Under the pieces are notes generated by a model, which was not told the origin of the DNA, did no database searches, and was given only the letters and a program-made list of their open reading frames with translations. From Patescibacteria group bacterium UBA4787 (GTDB lineage: Bacteria > Patescibacteriota > Patescibacteriia > UBA2591 > UBA4787): a DNA stretch of 64,000 bases. Every line of letters begins with the position of its first letter. The stretch's first letter is position 1. Below are positions 17,357 to 26,410 of the stretch, piece after piece. A program made the position numbers and the translations under genes. The stretch spans positions 82,309 to 146,308 of the forward strand of contig DHGX01000003.1 in assembly GCA_002402995.1 (NCBI GenBank), given 5' to 3'.

Positions 17357-18247
17357 ATGAGTAATCCTCGAACCAGCCTTTCGCAAGGCTTCAAAAAATT
17401 ACAAGCTATCCAGCCGAATTATAACTGGCGGAAGCAATTTGAAGACAACCTTAAAGAGAGGCTGGTTTTTGTTTTTCCTAAACAGGAGGGCGGTTTTATC
17501 CGCCAGTTGGCGGACTTTTTCAAATTTGACTTCGCCCTTAAACAAGGAGTTGTTTCTCTTATGGTTTTAGTTCTATTCTCTTCTTGCGGTTTAATTTACG
17601 CGTCGCAGAATTCTATACCCGGTGGCCGCCTTTATGCTTTAAAGCGGTCGACCGAGAAAGCCAGAATGTCTTTAGTCTTGAATCAAAAGCAAAAAATAGC
17701 ATTGCGCGCCGAAATTATTTCTAATCGTCTTGGTGAAATGAAAGAATTATCTAAGCAGGGTGAGTTGAGTGACGCGCGGGCTAAAAATGACCAGGCTCAA
17801 TATTTGGCTACTGCTCAATCCGACATTAAAAAAGAATTTAAAGCGTTAAAAAAAGATTTGTTAGCCGAGCAATCGGTTGGCTCTTTGGAACCAACGGTAA
17901 TTGATGAAATTTCTTCTCCGATTAATGACGACAAGCAAATCGTGAACGATTCGACCATTTCAGACTTAGAGCAAACCATGAAAGAAACCAAACGATCGCT
18001 CAAAGAAAATGATTTAGTCAGCGCTTTGCAAAAAACATTGGCCGCGGAAAATAAATTGTCTAATGCTTCTCAGGCGACCTCAACCGCGGAGCAAATTAAT
18101 TCTCCCGAGCTCGACAAAACAATGGCGCCGACTAATTTGAATAATCAGAAAAGATACAATAAAGAAATTAAGTCTAATGATTTCCGCATTGATAATTTTC
18201 AGAGGGAATCAGAAATCCAGAGCGGCATAATGATCAGAGAAAAATAA
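17357..18247 (+). CDS. Putative membrane-anchored anti-sigma factor-like protein (DUF5667-like, coiled-coil).
   Basis: Directly downstream of the ECF sigma factor. Single TM segment GVVSLMVLVLFSSCGLIYA, followed by a long charged/coiled-coil periplasmic region. Function inferred from context only. Confidence 0.4.
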   Translation: MSNPRTSLSQGFKKLQAIQPNYNWRKQFEDNLKERLVFVFPKQEGGFIRQLADFFKFDFALKQGVVSLMVLVLFSSCGLIYASQNSIPGGRLYALKRSTEKARMSLVLNQKQKIALRAEIISNRLGEMKELSKQGELSDARAKNDQAQYLATAQSDIKKEFKALKKDLLAEQSVGSLEPTVIDEISSPINDDKQIVNDSTISDLEQTMKETKRSLKENDLVSALQKTLAAENKLSNASQATSTAEQINSPELDKTMAPTNLNNQKRYNKEIKSNDFRIDNFQRESEIQSGIMIREK

Positions 18248-18394
18248 TATTTATCAGAATTAGTAAATATATATAAATAAGTATTTTTGTTCTTTTTAAT
18301 CTTCATGTTTCATGCTTTTCTGTTTTACGCTTTTCGCTTTACGCTTTTCGCTTCATGTGCTAACTAATTAATTAACCCCCGCGGATAAAATTAA

Positions 18395-18515
18395 TGATAG
18401 CGACTGATCATTGCTGCCATTGATAAAGTCCGTTCAACTTAGCCTCGCCGAAGCTTTAGCGGAGGCGGGACAAAAGGTTGAAGTAAAGGTCGAATCAGAA
18501 TTTGAAGGTTTTTAA
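18395..18515 (+). pseudogene. Possible remnant of a ribosomal protein L7/L12 (rplL) C-terminal domain, frameshifted and internally deleted.
   Basis: Two adjacent frames read IAAIDKVRST and SLAEALAEAGQKVEVK. These resemble the L7/L12 C-terminal segments IAVIKAVRxxTGLGLKEAK and LEEAGAKVEVK. No intact ORF. Confidence 0.3.
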
Positions 18516-18656
18516 GCGGGATATCCCTAAAAATCTTTTTAATTTTAAGGTGGGGTTAGAATATATAATATATAATTTCATTTTTCTTTTTTCTGGCTAA
18601 TAATTAATTTAATTAATTTGGTCAGAGAGAAAGATGATTAAGAGGTTTAATTTATT

Positions 18657-21600
18657 ATGTCAGGTTTAAAGAAATTCGTTGTCGTGAGCGTTACTCTCGC
18701 TTTTGTTCTCGTGCCGCTGTTAGGACCTGCCAGTTTCGCTAATGCCGTCACAATCGTGGATGGCGATTTAGTCAAGACTGCCAGTTCTTCAGCTGTTTAT
18801 TTGATTCAGGGAACCACCAAGAGAGTTATGCCTCACGCTAATGTCTATGCTTCTTGGGGTTTTCCGGCTGATTATTCAACCGTGAAAACCGTTTCCGCTT
18901 CTGACTTAGCCGCTTATACTGATGGCAACGCGGTTCCATTCCGCGATGGTTCATTGTTCCGCGGCACAGCCACTAGCTTAGGAGGCAAAGACAAAACCGC
19001 TGTTTTTTATGTTGAAGGTGCAACATTAAAACCGGTCGTTTCAGAAGCTGTTTATCAGGCTTTATTCAAAGATGCGAATTGGGCGAAAGTCACCTGGGTT
19101 CCAGATGATTTATTGACCAAATTCAGCTACCCAATGGGCGCGGATCTTACTTCCGCGACTACGCACCCGAATGGTGTTTTGATTAAATATAGTAATGATC
19201 CGTCAAAGATTTATTTAATCTCCGGCGGTTCAAAAAGATTATTTTCTTCAACCGCTGCTATAACTGCCAATCGATATAGCCTTTCTAGTGTCATTTCTAT
19301 TGACGCTAACGAAGTTTATGCCGACGGCGAACCGATTACTGGCGTCGAAACCGCGCTTTTAACTGCTGGCTGGGCTGGTGTAACCACCCCTGTTACCGGC
19401 GGTTTAACCGTCAGTTTAGATTCCTCTAATCCAGTTGGCGCCACTCTTCCTCCGACTGCGGCCAACGTTGAACTTTTAAAGGTTCGTTTAACCGCCGGTT
19501 CTACGGCTGTTAATGTTACTGGTATGACCTTTAAGAGAAATGGTATGGGCGCGACTGGCGACTGGACTTCTCTGGCCGTTTATGAAGGTGGCACTCGCTT
19601 GGTTTCTACTGGCAGAGCCATCAGCTCCGATAACCACGAAGTTGAGTTCCCGGTTTTGGCTGTTGCCATTCCGGCTAATTCTTCTAAGGTTGTCGTGTTG
19701 CGCGGTACTGTCAGCAATCCGGGCACAACCGGTGGTCGTCACTATTTCTCCGTGAAAGCAGTGGCTACGACCGCTACCGTTGCCGGTTTACCGGTTAATG
19801 GTAATGAATTTGTTATCGGTGTTACCGGTGGCAGCACTGTGACCGTGGCCGCTGGCTCCTCTCCTTCAAACCCAAATATCGGCGCTCAAGCCGCGGAAAT
19901 TGCCAACTTTAAATTAACCGCTGGCACCAATGATATTGAAGCCAAAGAAGTAGTTTTGACCTTAAGCGGTTCTTTGGCCAGGGCTTCTGTTACCAATCTT
20001 AAGTTATATCAAGAGGCGACTTTGTTGGCTTCGGCCGCGAGCGTTAATTCTAATGATACCGCTACCTTTACTTTGGCCGCGCCTTTCACTATTTTAAAGG
20101 GCGCTAACCGTATTTTCACGGTTAAGGCTGATTTAGGTGGACGCGTCGCCGAAACTTTAACCATTAAAATCGACGATGTTGATCATGTCACCGCCGTTGA
20201 TAAAGTTTCTCTTTATGGCGCCGCGATAACCGGCCCGTCTGTTACTTTGGCTACTGTCATTATGCAAGGCGGCACAGTCACTTTGGCTGATAACGGCCCG
20301 TCTGCCGGCACTATCATCAAGAACAGCCAGGATGTTGTTTTAACCAAATTCTCCATAACCTCAGCCAGACAGGTTGAAGTTAAGAAGTTGAATGTTACTT
20401 TGGTTAGCGACGGCACCAATCTCTTGGATATCGCTGGTAACGCCGTATTAGATACTGATACTATCGCGGATTTAAGAATTAAAGATTTGGACACCGGCGC
20501 GACCGTTGCTTCAAAACCTTTAACTCTTTCTAACTGTGTGGCTGCCACTGGTTGTAAAACCGAAGATGACGCGACCGATACCGCTGGCAATAACACTTGG
20601 CAGTTAACCGATTCTTTCTACTTAACTCCTAATGTTACCCGCCACTTGGCTGTGACTGTTGATATCGGCACTGCCACTCTCTTGGCTAACGAGTATCTTC
20701 GCGCTGATGTTAAATCGGTTGTCCATACTGCTGCCACCGATTACGAATATCGCGATGTCGCTACCGGAGATTACATCAAATTAGCCGACGTTATTCCTGT
20801 TAGCATCTCTGGCGATAACCAAACCATTAAAGCTTCGGCTTTAACTATGAGTTTGGCTTCTACTCCGGTTTCTTCAACCGTGGTTAAGGGCGCTACTGGT
20901 GTTGACGCTCTCGGCGTTGTTTTCACCGCCGGCGATTCCTCCGATATTAGATTAACTTCGCTTCAAGCTCGTGTTTATGTTTCTACGGTTGCTGCTCCTC
21001 GCGCTGACGGCGCTACTACCGGCACCGAAGTTACTACTCCAAACGCCAACATCCTTTCAGCTAAATTGTATGATGGCGACATATTGCTTTCTACGAAGAC
21101 CTTGTCTAATACTAGTGGCAATGCCACTATTGCCCATGATTATGGTAAAGTGACCTTCGATGGTTTGAATGTCATTGTTCCTAAATCCTCCAACAAGAAA
21201 TTAACGATTAAGCTTGATACCAATCAAACTCAATCCGCGGAAATTTTTGTGGCGGTTTCTATTTTGGGCGATGAAGAAGTTACCGATCCCGCTACTGCTG
21301 ACGGCAATATTACTGCTTATGATTCCGATTCTAATACTGTTGACGTTACTTCAAACGTTAATATATTGCACGCTACCAATGCCCCGTCAATTTATATTAA
21401 CGTCAAGTCTGTTGGCACCTTGAATATGGCTACTGACGCGGAAACCCCGATTTCCGACATAGTCTTGAGTGGCGCTACTGGCGTTGCTATCTCCAAGATT
21501 AAATTCACCGCGACCAACGAAACTTGGACCGTGAATAAATTGAGAATTAAGTTAAACACCGCTGCTGCTGAAGGTAGTATTAGTAAAGTTATAATTTCAC

Positions 21601-22544
21601 CTGAAGGCGGTACTGCTGTTGACGGCTATCTTACTACGGTTAGCAGTGTTTCTTACGTCCAATTCTCTAATCTTGGCTGGGTGATTCCGGCTGGCACATC
21701 TAAAGTTTTGACTATCAAGGCTGATCTTAAGGCCATTGATCAAAACTACGCTGAAACCGGCCGCGAAATTAAGCTCGGTGTAATTGATGGCACTGGTACT
21801 ACTGACCAATTTGAGGCTGTGGGTACTTCTCAAACCACTTTATCCGAAGCTAGTTCTACCGGCGACAAATACGGCAATCCGATGTATTTAAGAAAGTCAA
21901 AACCCACAGTTACTAGGACCGCTTTAGACAGCGCCATTTTAGCTGAAGGCACGATGACTCTCTTCAAATTCAACGTGGCCGCTGATGCCGCTGGCGCTGT
22001 TACTCTTAAGAAAGTTGCCTTTGATGTCATTCCGAGCGATGCTTCTTCTGACACTTTGCAGGCCACTACTTGGGCTCTTTATGATTCGGTTGATATGAAT
22101 ACCGCCATAGCTGGTGTTTGGTCCAATGGTTCTGCTTCCAGCACTTCCGGCGCTTGTGCAATCACAGCCGCCGCTCCTGGAACAGTGAGTCTTGAGATGA
22201 CTAATGAGAAAGAAATTGCCGCTGGTTCTTCTAAGACTTTTGTCTTAAAGGGCGTAGTTAGCAATTCTGCTCAATATGATTCAATCATCACTAGATTAAG
22301 CTCTACCAATGACACTGCCGCAAACTTTGTCACTGGTGGCTTGGTTCAAGACACTACTGGCCAAGAGTTGGTGAAGCTTGATACTGGCGCAACTACCAAA
22401 TCCGTTTCGTTCTTATGGTCTGATAAGGCCAGAGGCGTCTACCATGCTTATGGTGATGGCACTTATGGCAGCACTTACTTAGACTGGACAAGCGGTTACC
22501 TGGTTAAGACTTTACCGACCGAGTATAGCGCGCTTTCTAGGTAG
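18657..22544 (+). CDS. Giant secreted/cell-surface protein (1295 aa). N-terminal signal peptide, then the shared ~190-aa tandem-duplicated domain, then Thr/Ala/Val-rich Ig-like repeats.
   Basis: Signal FVVVSVTLAFVLVPLLGPASFANA. N-terminal VKTASSSAVYLIQGTTKRVMPHANVYASWGFP...VPFRDGSLFRGT...WVPDDLLTKF matches the C-terminus of the 9465 protein. The remainder is low-complexity beta-rich repeats. Confidence 0.8.
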   Translation: MSGLKKFVVVSVTLAFVLVPLLGPASFANAVTIVDGDLVKTASSSAVYLIQGTTKRVMPHANVYASWGFPADYSTVKTVSASDLAAYTDGNAVPFRDGSLFRGTATSLGGKDKTAVFYVEGATLKPVVSEAVYQALFKDANWAKVTWVPDDLLTKFSYPMGADLTSATTHPNGVLIKYSNDPSKIYLISGGSKRLFSSTAAITANRYSLSSVISIDANEVYADGEPITGVETALLTAGWAGVTTPVTGGLTVSLDSSNPVGATLPPTAANVELLKVRLTAGSTAVNVTGMTFKRNGMGATGDWTSLAVYEGGTRLVSTGRAISSDNHEVEFPVLAVAIPANSSKVVVLRGTVSNPGTTGGRHYFSVKAVATTATVAGLPVNGNEFVIGVTGGSTVTVAAGSSPSNPNIGAQAAEIANFKLTAGTNDIEAKEVVLTLSGSLARASVTNLKLYQEATLLASAASVNSNDTATFTLAAPFTILKGANRIFTVKADLGGRVAETLTIKIDDVDHVTAVDKVSLYGAAITGPSVTLATVIMQGGTVTLADNGPSAGTIIKNSQDVVLTKFSITSARQVEVKKLNVTLVSDGTNLLDIAGNAVLDTDTIADLRIKDLDTGATVASKPLTLSNCVAATGCKTEDDATDTAGNNTWQLTDSFYLTPNVTRHLAVTVDIGTATLLANEYLRADVKSVVHTAATDYEYRDVATGDYIKLADVIPVSISGDNQTIKASALTMSLASTPVSSTVVKGATGVDALGVVFTAGDSSDIRLTSLQARVYVSTVAAPRADGATTGTEVTTPNANILSAKLYDGDILLSTKTLSNTSGNATIAHDYGKVTFDGLNVIVPKSSNKKLTIKLDTNQTQSAEIFVAVSILGDEEVTDPATADGNITAYDSDSNTVDVTSNVNILHATNAPSIYINVKSVGTLNMATDAETPISDIVLSGATGVAISKIKFTATNETWTVNKLRIKLNTAAAEGSISKVIISPEGGTAVDGYLTTVSSVSYVQFSNLGWVIPAGTSKVLTIKADLKAIDQNYAETGREIKLGVIDGTGTTDQFEAVGTSQTTLSEASSTGDKYGNPMYLRKSKPTVTRTALDSAILAEGTMTLFKFNVAADAAGAVTLKKVAFDVIPSDASSDTLQATTWALYDSVDMNTAIAGVWSNGSASSTSGACAITAAAPGTVSLEMTNEKEIAAGSSKTFVLKGVVSNSAQYDSIITRLSSTNDTAANFVTGGLVQDTTGQELVKLDTGATTKSVSFLWSDKARGVYHAYGDGTYGSTYLDWTSGYLVKTLPTEYSALSR

Positions 22545-22637
22545 TTTATTTATAGTTCTTTCAAGGTTCGTCGGATCCTTTTTACCAGTCCGTAGTTCCG
22601 ATTCGTTGGAACGAAGGATGGTCTAAAACCGACACCA

Positions 22638-22665
22638 GAGCCCTCCGATATTTATCGGAGGGCTC
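22638..22665 (+). terminator. Intrinsic terminator (gagccctccgata-ttt-atcggagggctc) followed by ttggttt.
   Basis: Perfect 12-bp stem downstream of the 18657 gene. Confidence 0.6.
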
Positions 22666-22674
22666 TTGGTTTAC

Positions 22675-22801
22675 CCCGTTAGAAGTCTGTTATTTTTTTA
22701 ATCGTCTATCTTCAAAATTTAATCTGGGCATTGCTGGAATACTTTGTTTATTTCATAGCAGAAAAAATTTATTGAAAATTTTTTCTGCCAAAGACTTCTA
22801 A
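22675..22801. repeat. Inverted-repeat element with 15-bp arms ccccgttagaagtct / agacttctaacgggg. It encloses about 97 nt that contain a nested perfect 11-bp inverted repeat (gcagaaaaaat...attttttctgc).
   Basis: Read directly. A partial arm (ccccgttagaa) recurs at 55667. Analogous elements with ccccgtagaa arms lie at 40903-40978 and with cccctcacatgggaa arms at 48073-48204. Confidence 0.7.
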
Positions 22802-22807
22802 CGGGGT

Positions 22808-22835
22808 TTGACTAAATTCTAAAAATATCTAAAAT
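22808..22835 (+). promoter_or_regulatory. Sigma70-like promoter upstream of ileS: TTGACT, 16-nt spacer, TAAAAT.
   Basis: TTGACT at 22808-22813 and TAAAAT at 22830-22835, about 30 nt upstream of the ileS ATG. Confidence 0.5.
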
Positions 22836-22866
22836 TAATTAGTTAAATAAACTAAGAACGTTATTT

Positions 22867-25713
22867 ATGGAAGAGCAGAAAGGAAAATTCGCGGTCATTG
22901 AGGAAAAGATATTATCTTTTTGGAAAGAAAAAGATATTTTCGCCAAATCTTTAGCGAAAGAATCGCCTAAGGGAAATTTTGTTTTTTTTGAAGGACCGCC
23001 AACCGCCAACGGTAAACCGGGGATTCATCATGTTTTAGCCCGTGTTTTTAAGGATTGTGTTTTGCGTTATAAAACGATGCAGGGCTATCATGTTGAGCGC
23101 AAGGCCGGTTGGGATACGCACGGCTTGCCGGTAGAGCTCCAGGTAGAGAAGGAGATAGGTATTTCTTCCAAACCGGAAATTGAAAAATACGGAATTGATA
23201 AGTTCAACCAAAAGTGCAAAGAAAGCGTTTGGCGTTATAAAGAAGATTGGGAAAAAATGACCGAGCGTATCGCTTATTGGTTGGATATGGAACACCCCTA
23301 CATCACTTACGAAAATTATTATATTGAAACGCTCTGGTGGATAATGAAGCGGATATATGATCAAGGATTGTTGTACCAATCCTATAAAGTTGTTCCTTAT
23401 TGTCCGCGTTGCGGCAGCACTCTTTCTTCGCACGAAGTCGCGCAGGGCTATAAAAACATTAAAGAAGAATCGATTTATTTGAAGTTTAAAGTTAAAGGGC
23501 AAGATAATGCTTATTTATTAGTTTGGACTACCACGCCTTGGACTTTGCCGGGTAATTTAGCCGTGGCTGTCGGGAAGAATATTGATTACGCAGAAGTTAA
23601 TATGGGAGGAGAATTTTATATTTTGGCGAAAAATTTATTAAACAAACTAAAAAACGAATTCGAAATTATCAAAGAATTCAAGGGAGACGAATTAGTCGGC
23701 ATGGAATATGAACCGCTTTACAATATTTATCAAGGCGAACAATATTTTAAAATTTATTCGGCTGATTTTGTTTCTGTGGAAGACGGCACTGGCTTGGTGC
23801 ACATTGCTCCGCATTACGGCGAAGATGATTATAATTTATTTATTGAAAATCATTTGGTTATCCCCGAATTTTTAACCGTGGATAGCCAGGGCAATTTAAT
23901 CGTTGACGCGCCGGGCAAGAATAAATTTGTTAAAGACGCGGATAAAGACATCAAAGACGATCTTGAAAAACGCGGTATTTTGTACGCGGTTGAAGAATAC
24001 AGTCACGACTATCCTTTTTGTTGGCGCTGCGATTCGCCGCTTTTATATTATTCCAAGAAGTCTTGGTTCATCAAAATGACCGCTGTCCAAAACGAGCTTT
24101 TGAAAAACGCCGACGAAATTCATTGGATCCCAGGCCACATTAAAGATGGCCGCTTTGGCGAATGGTTAAGAGGCATTAAAGATTGGGCCATTTCCCGCGA
24201 GAGATATTGGGGCACGCCTTTGCCGATTTGGCGCTGTCAGAAATGCAACGCGTTAAAATGCGTCGGTTCGCAACAAGAGTTGGAAGAAGCGGGTTTTAAA
24301 TTAAGTGATTTGCATCGGCCGCATATTGACGAGGTTAAATTTGCGTGCGACTGCGGCGGAGAAATGATCCGCGAATCCGATGTTTTGGATTGTTGGTTTG
24401 ATGCCGGTTCAATGCCTTTTGCGCAATATCATTATCCTTTTGAAAATAAAAATTTGATAGATGAGGGTGTCACTTATCCGGCTGAATATATTTGCGAGGC
24501 GATTGATCAAACGAGAGGCTGGTTTTATACGCTTTTGGCCATATCCACGCTTTTGGATAAAGGAACTTCTTATAAAAATGTTATTTGTTTGGGCCATATT
24601 AATGACGCGCAAGGAATAAAAATGTCTAAACATTTGGGCAATGTTGTTGATCCGTGGCTGAATATTAATAGATACGGAGTTGATGCTTTGCGTTATCATC
24701 TTTTTACTATGAACCAGCCGGGCGAAAGCAAAAGTTTTGACGAGAAAGACGTGAATGAGGTTGTTAAAAAATTATTATTGATTTTGAGCAATGTAGTTTC
24801 GTTTTATAAGCTTTACGAAGATAAAAATATAATTGACAGAGATTTCCAGCCGCGAAATATTTTAGACCAATGGCTTTATAGCCGTGTTTACGAATTAATC
24901 GACAATATAACTTCAGAAATGGATAAATATGAAATTACCAATGCCGCGCGCAAAATTTCCGAATTTGTTAATGATTTGTCAATTTGGTATGTGCGACGTA
25001 GCCGCGAACGCTTCAAGAACCAAAACCAAAAAGAAAAAACAGAAGCTCTGAATACGTTATATTTTGTTTTAAATTCTCTAACTAAATTAATGGCGCCCTT
25101 TATGCCGCTTATGGCTGAATATTATTATAAAGAATTGGGCGGTGAAAAAGAATCAGTCCACTTAGAAGATTGGCCCACCAAAGAAAAAGTTTTCTTTAAT
25201 CAACAAGTATTAGATGTTATGGATTTGGCCAGAAAAATTGTAGAAGCCGGTTTGGCTAAAAGAGCAGAGGCTGGCATTAAAGTCCGCCAGCCGTTGTTAA
25301 GCTATACCACCAATCTGCCGGTCTTAAGGGGCGTGAAGCAGGAGAAATTTATTCCGCAATTAATTGAAGTTATTAAATCAGAATTAAATATTAAAGAATT
25401 AAAATTTGACAAAGACGAGGCGCTGGATATAACCATTAATGAAGATTTGCGCCTCGAGGGCTTAGCCAGAGATCTAAAAAGGCAAATTAATAATCTTCGC
25501 AAGGAATTGGGTTTAACGGTTAACGATAAAGCAGAAATTCAATATTCTAAGGGCGTAGATATCTTAGAAACTTTACTCGGAGAAAAAAGTTTATATCGCG
25601 CGGAAATAACGAAAGGCACCGGCACCGAAATTAAAATCGCGGAAATTTTGGAAAATCAAGAAGAAGTTGAATTGGAAGGACAAAAATATTTTATTTCGAT
25701 TAATAAGATATAA
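22867..25713 (+). CDS. ileS: Isoleucine--tRNA ligase (type 2, no C-terminal zinc finger).
   Basis: Class I aminoacyl-tRNA synthetase HIGH-region PPTANGKPGIHHV and KMSKS motif KMSKHLGN. IleRS-specific WTTTPWTLPGNLA. CP1 editing region present. Confidence 0.9.
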   Translation: MEEQKGKFAVIEEKILSFWKEKDIFAKSLAKESPKGNFVFFEGPPTANGKPGIHHVLARVFKDCVLRYKTMQGYHVERKAGWDTHGLPVELQVEKEIGISSKPEIEKYGIDKFNQKCKESVWRYKEDWEKMTERIAYWLDMEHPYITYENYYIETLWWIMKRIYDQGLLYQSYKVVPYCPRCGSTLSSHEVAQGYKNIKEESIYLKFKVKGQDNAYLLVWTTTPWTLPGNLAVAVGKNIDYAEVNMGGEFYILAKNLLNKLKNEFEIIKEFKGDELVGMEYEPLYNIYQGEQYFKIYSADFVSVEDGTGLVHIAPHYGEDDYNLFIENHLVIPEFLTVDSQGNLIVDAPGKNKFVKDADKDIKDDLEKRGILYAVEEYSHDYPFCWRCDSPLLYYSKKSWFIKMTAVQNELLKNADEIHWIPGHIKDGRFGEWLRGIKDWAISRERYWGTPLPIWRCQKCNALKCVGSQQELEEAGFKLSDLHRPHIDEVKFACDCGGEMIRESDVLDCWFDAGSMPFAQYHYPFENKNLIDEGVTYPAEYICEAIDQTRGWFYTLLAISTLLDKGTSYKNVICLGHINDAQGIKMSKHLGNVVDPWLNINRYGVDALRYHLFTMNQPGESKSFDEKDVNEVVKKLLLILSNVVSFYKLYEDKNIIDRDFQPRNILDQWLYSRVYELIDNITSEMDKYEITNAARKISEFVNDLSIWYVRRSRERFKNQNQKEKTEALNTLYFVLNSLTKLMAPFMPLMAEYYYKELGGEKESVHLEDWPTKEKVFFNQQVLDVMDLARKIVEAGLAKRAEAGIKVRQPLLSYTTNLPVLRGVKQEKFIPQLIEVIKSELNIKELKFDKDEALDITINEDLRLEGLARDLKRQINNLRKELGLTVNDKAEIQYSKGVDILETLLGEKSLYRAEITKGTGTEIKIAEILENQEEVELEGQKYFISINKI

Positions 25714-25740
25714 AATTTATTTTTTAAATTAAAAATGGGG

Positions 25741-25769
25741 TTGACAAAAGACGATTTTTATGCTATATT
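25741..25769 (+). promoter_or_regulatory. Consensus sigma70 promoter: TTGACA, 17-nt spacer, TATATT.
   Basis: Perfect -35 hexamer with ideal spacing, about 50 nt upstream of the 25822 ORF. Confidence 0.6.
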
Positions 25770-25821
25770 TTTAGGTAGAACACAATAGTTCATTAAATAT
25801 TTCATAAAGAAAGGAAATGCC

Positions 25822-26340
25822 ATGAGTGTCAGATTTTGGATAAATCAGATGATCAACAAAGGCGCGAGTATCGCAGAGATCGCTCGCGAATATCCCGGCC
25901 CCATTCATCTCAAAGAAACCGCTTTGGCTCTTGCCATCACGCAGCAGCGCAACAGCGTCGTTAGTGAGGCAGAGAGAATCAAAGAACTGACCATGGGTGA
26001 ATCCGATCCTTGGGCTATTCCAGCCAAACAGGCCAGGATGATTTTAGCCATAGCCAAGGGAAGCGTCCAAAGAATCGTCGCTTTGCTCAAGGAGTTAACA
26101 GTCAGCGGTGACGACGTCGAGGAAGTAGCCCAGCTAATCAGCCTGATAACCGGAGATTGGACGGAACAAGCCGTCTTGATTTACAACTTCACTACAAACG
26201 ACGAGACGCGCAACGCTTTAATCGTTCAGGGCGATGAATCTGATCTCATGAATTTCTTGAGGCGCGAGCACATCAAGAAAATTCTGGCCCAGAATCCCAC
26301 CGAGCAAGTCATCTGCGAATCAGAAATAGCGATCCTATAA
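25822..26340 (+). CDS. Hypothetical protein encoded in a GC-rich island (roughly 50% GC by eye against a roughly 38% background).
   Basis: 172-aa ORF with its own consensus promoter and a downstream hairpin terminator. Composition is visibly G+C-richer than flanking genes. No recognisable domain. Confidence 0.55.
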   Translation: MSVRFWINQMINKGASIAEIAREYPGPIHLKETALALAITQQRNSVVSEAERIKELTMGESDPWAIPAKQARMILAIAKGSVQRIVALLKELTVSGDDVEEVAQLISLITGDWTEQAVLIYNFTTNDETRNALIVQGDESDLMNFLRREHIKKILAQNPTEQVICESEIAIL

Positions 26341-26356
26341 AAAGGAAAAAATTTAA

Positions 26357-26387
26357 ATCCCCGCTTAAAATAAGCGGGGATTTTTTA
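26357..26387. terminator. Bidirectional intrinsic terminator (atccccgctta-aaa-taagcggggat) with U-tracts on both strands.
   Basis: Sits between the convergent 25822 (+) and RuBisCO-like (-) genes. Confidence 0.65.
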
Positions 26388-26410
26388 TTGATTTTTTCTG
26401 TTATTTTATT

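Noticed and set aside
22666-22866. T-box leader upstream of ileS.
   Set aside because: The predicted promoter leaves only a roughly 30-nt leader. The hairpins lie upstream of the promoter, and no specifier loop or T-box sequence (AATTAGGGTGGNACCGCG-like) was seen.
25905-26090. Small ORFs inside the GC-rich island genes (for example 25905-26090 minus, 42043-42333 minus, 49182-49541 minus, 60607-60858 minus).
   Set aside because: They are antisense to longer ORFs that carry a proper RBS, promoter and terminator. GC-rich DNA generates long spurious frames.
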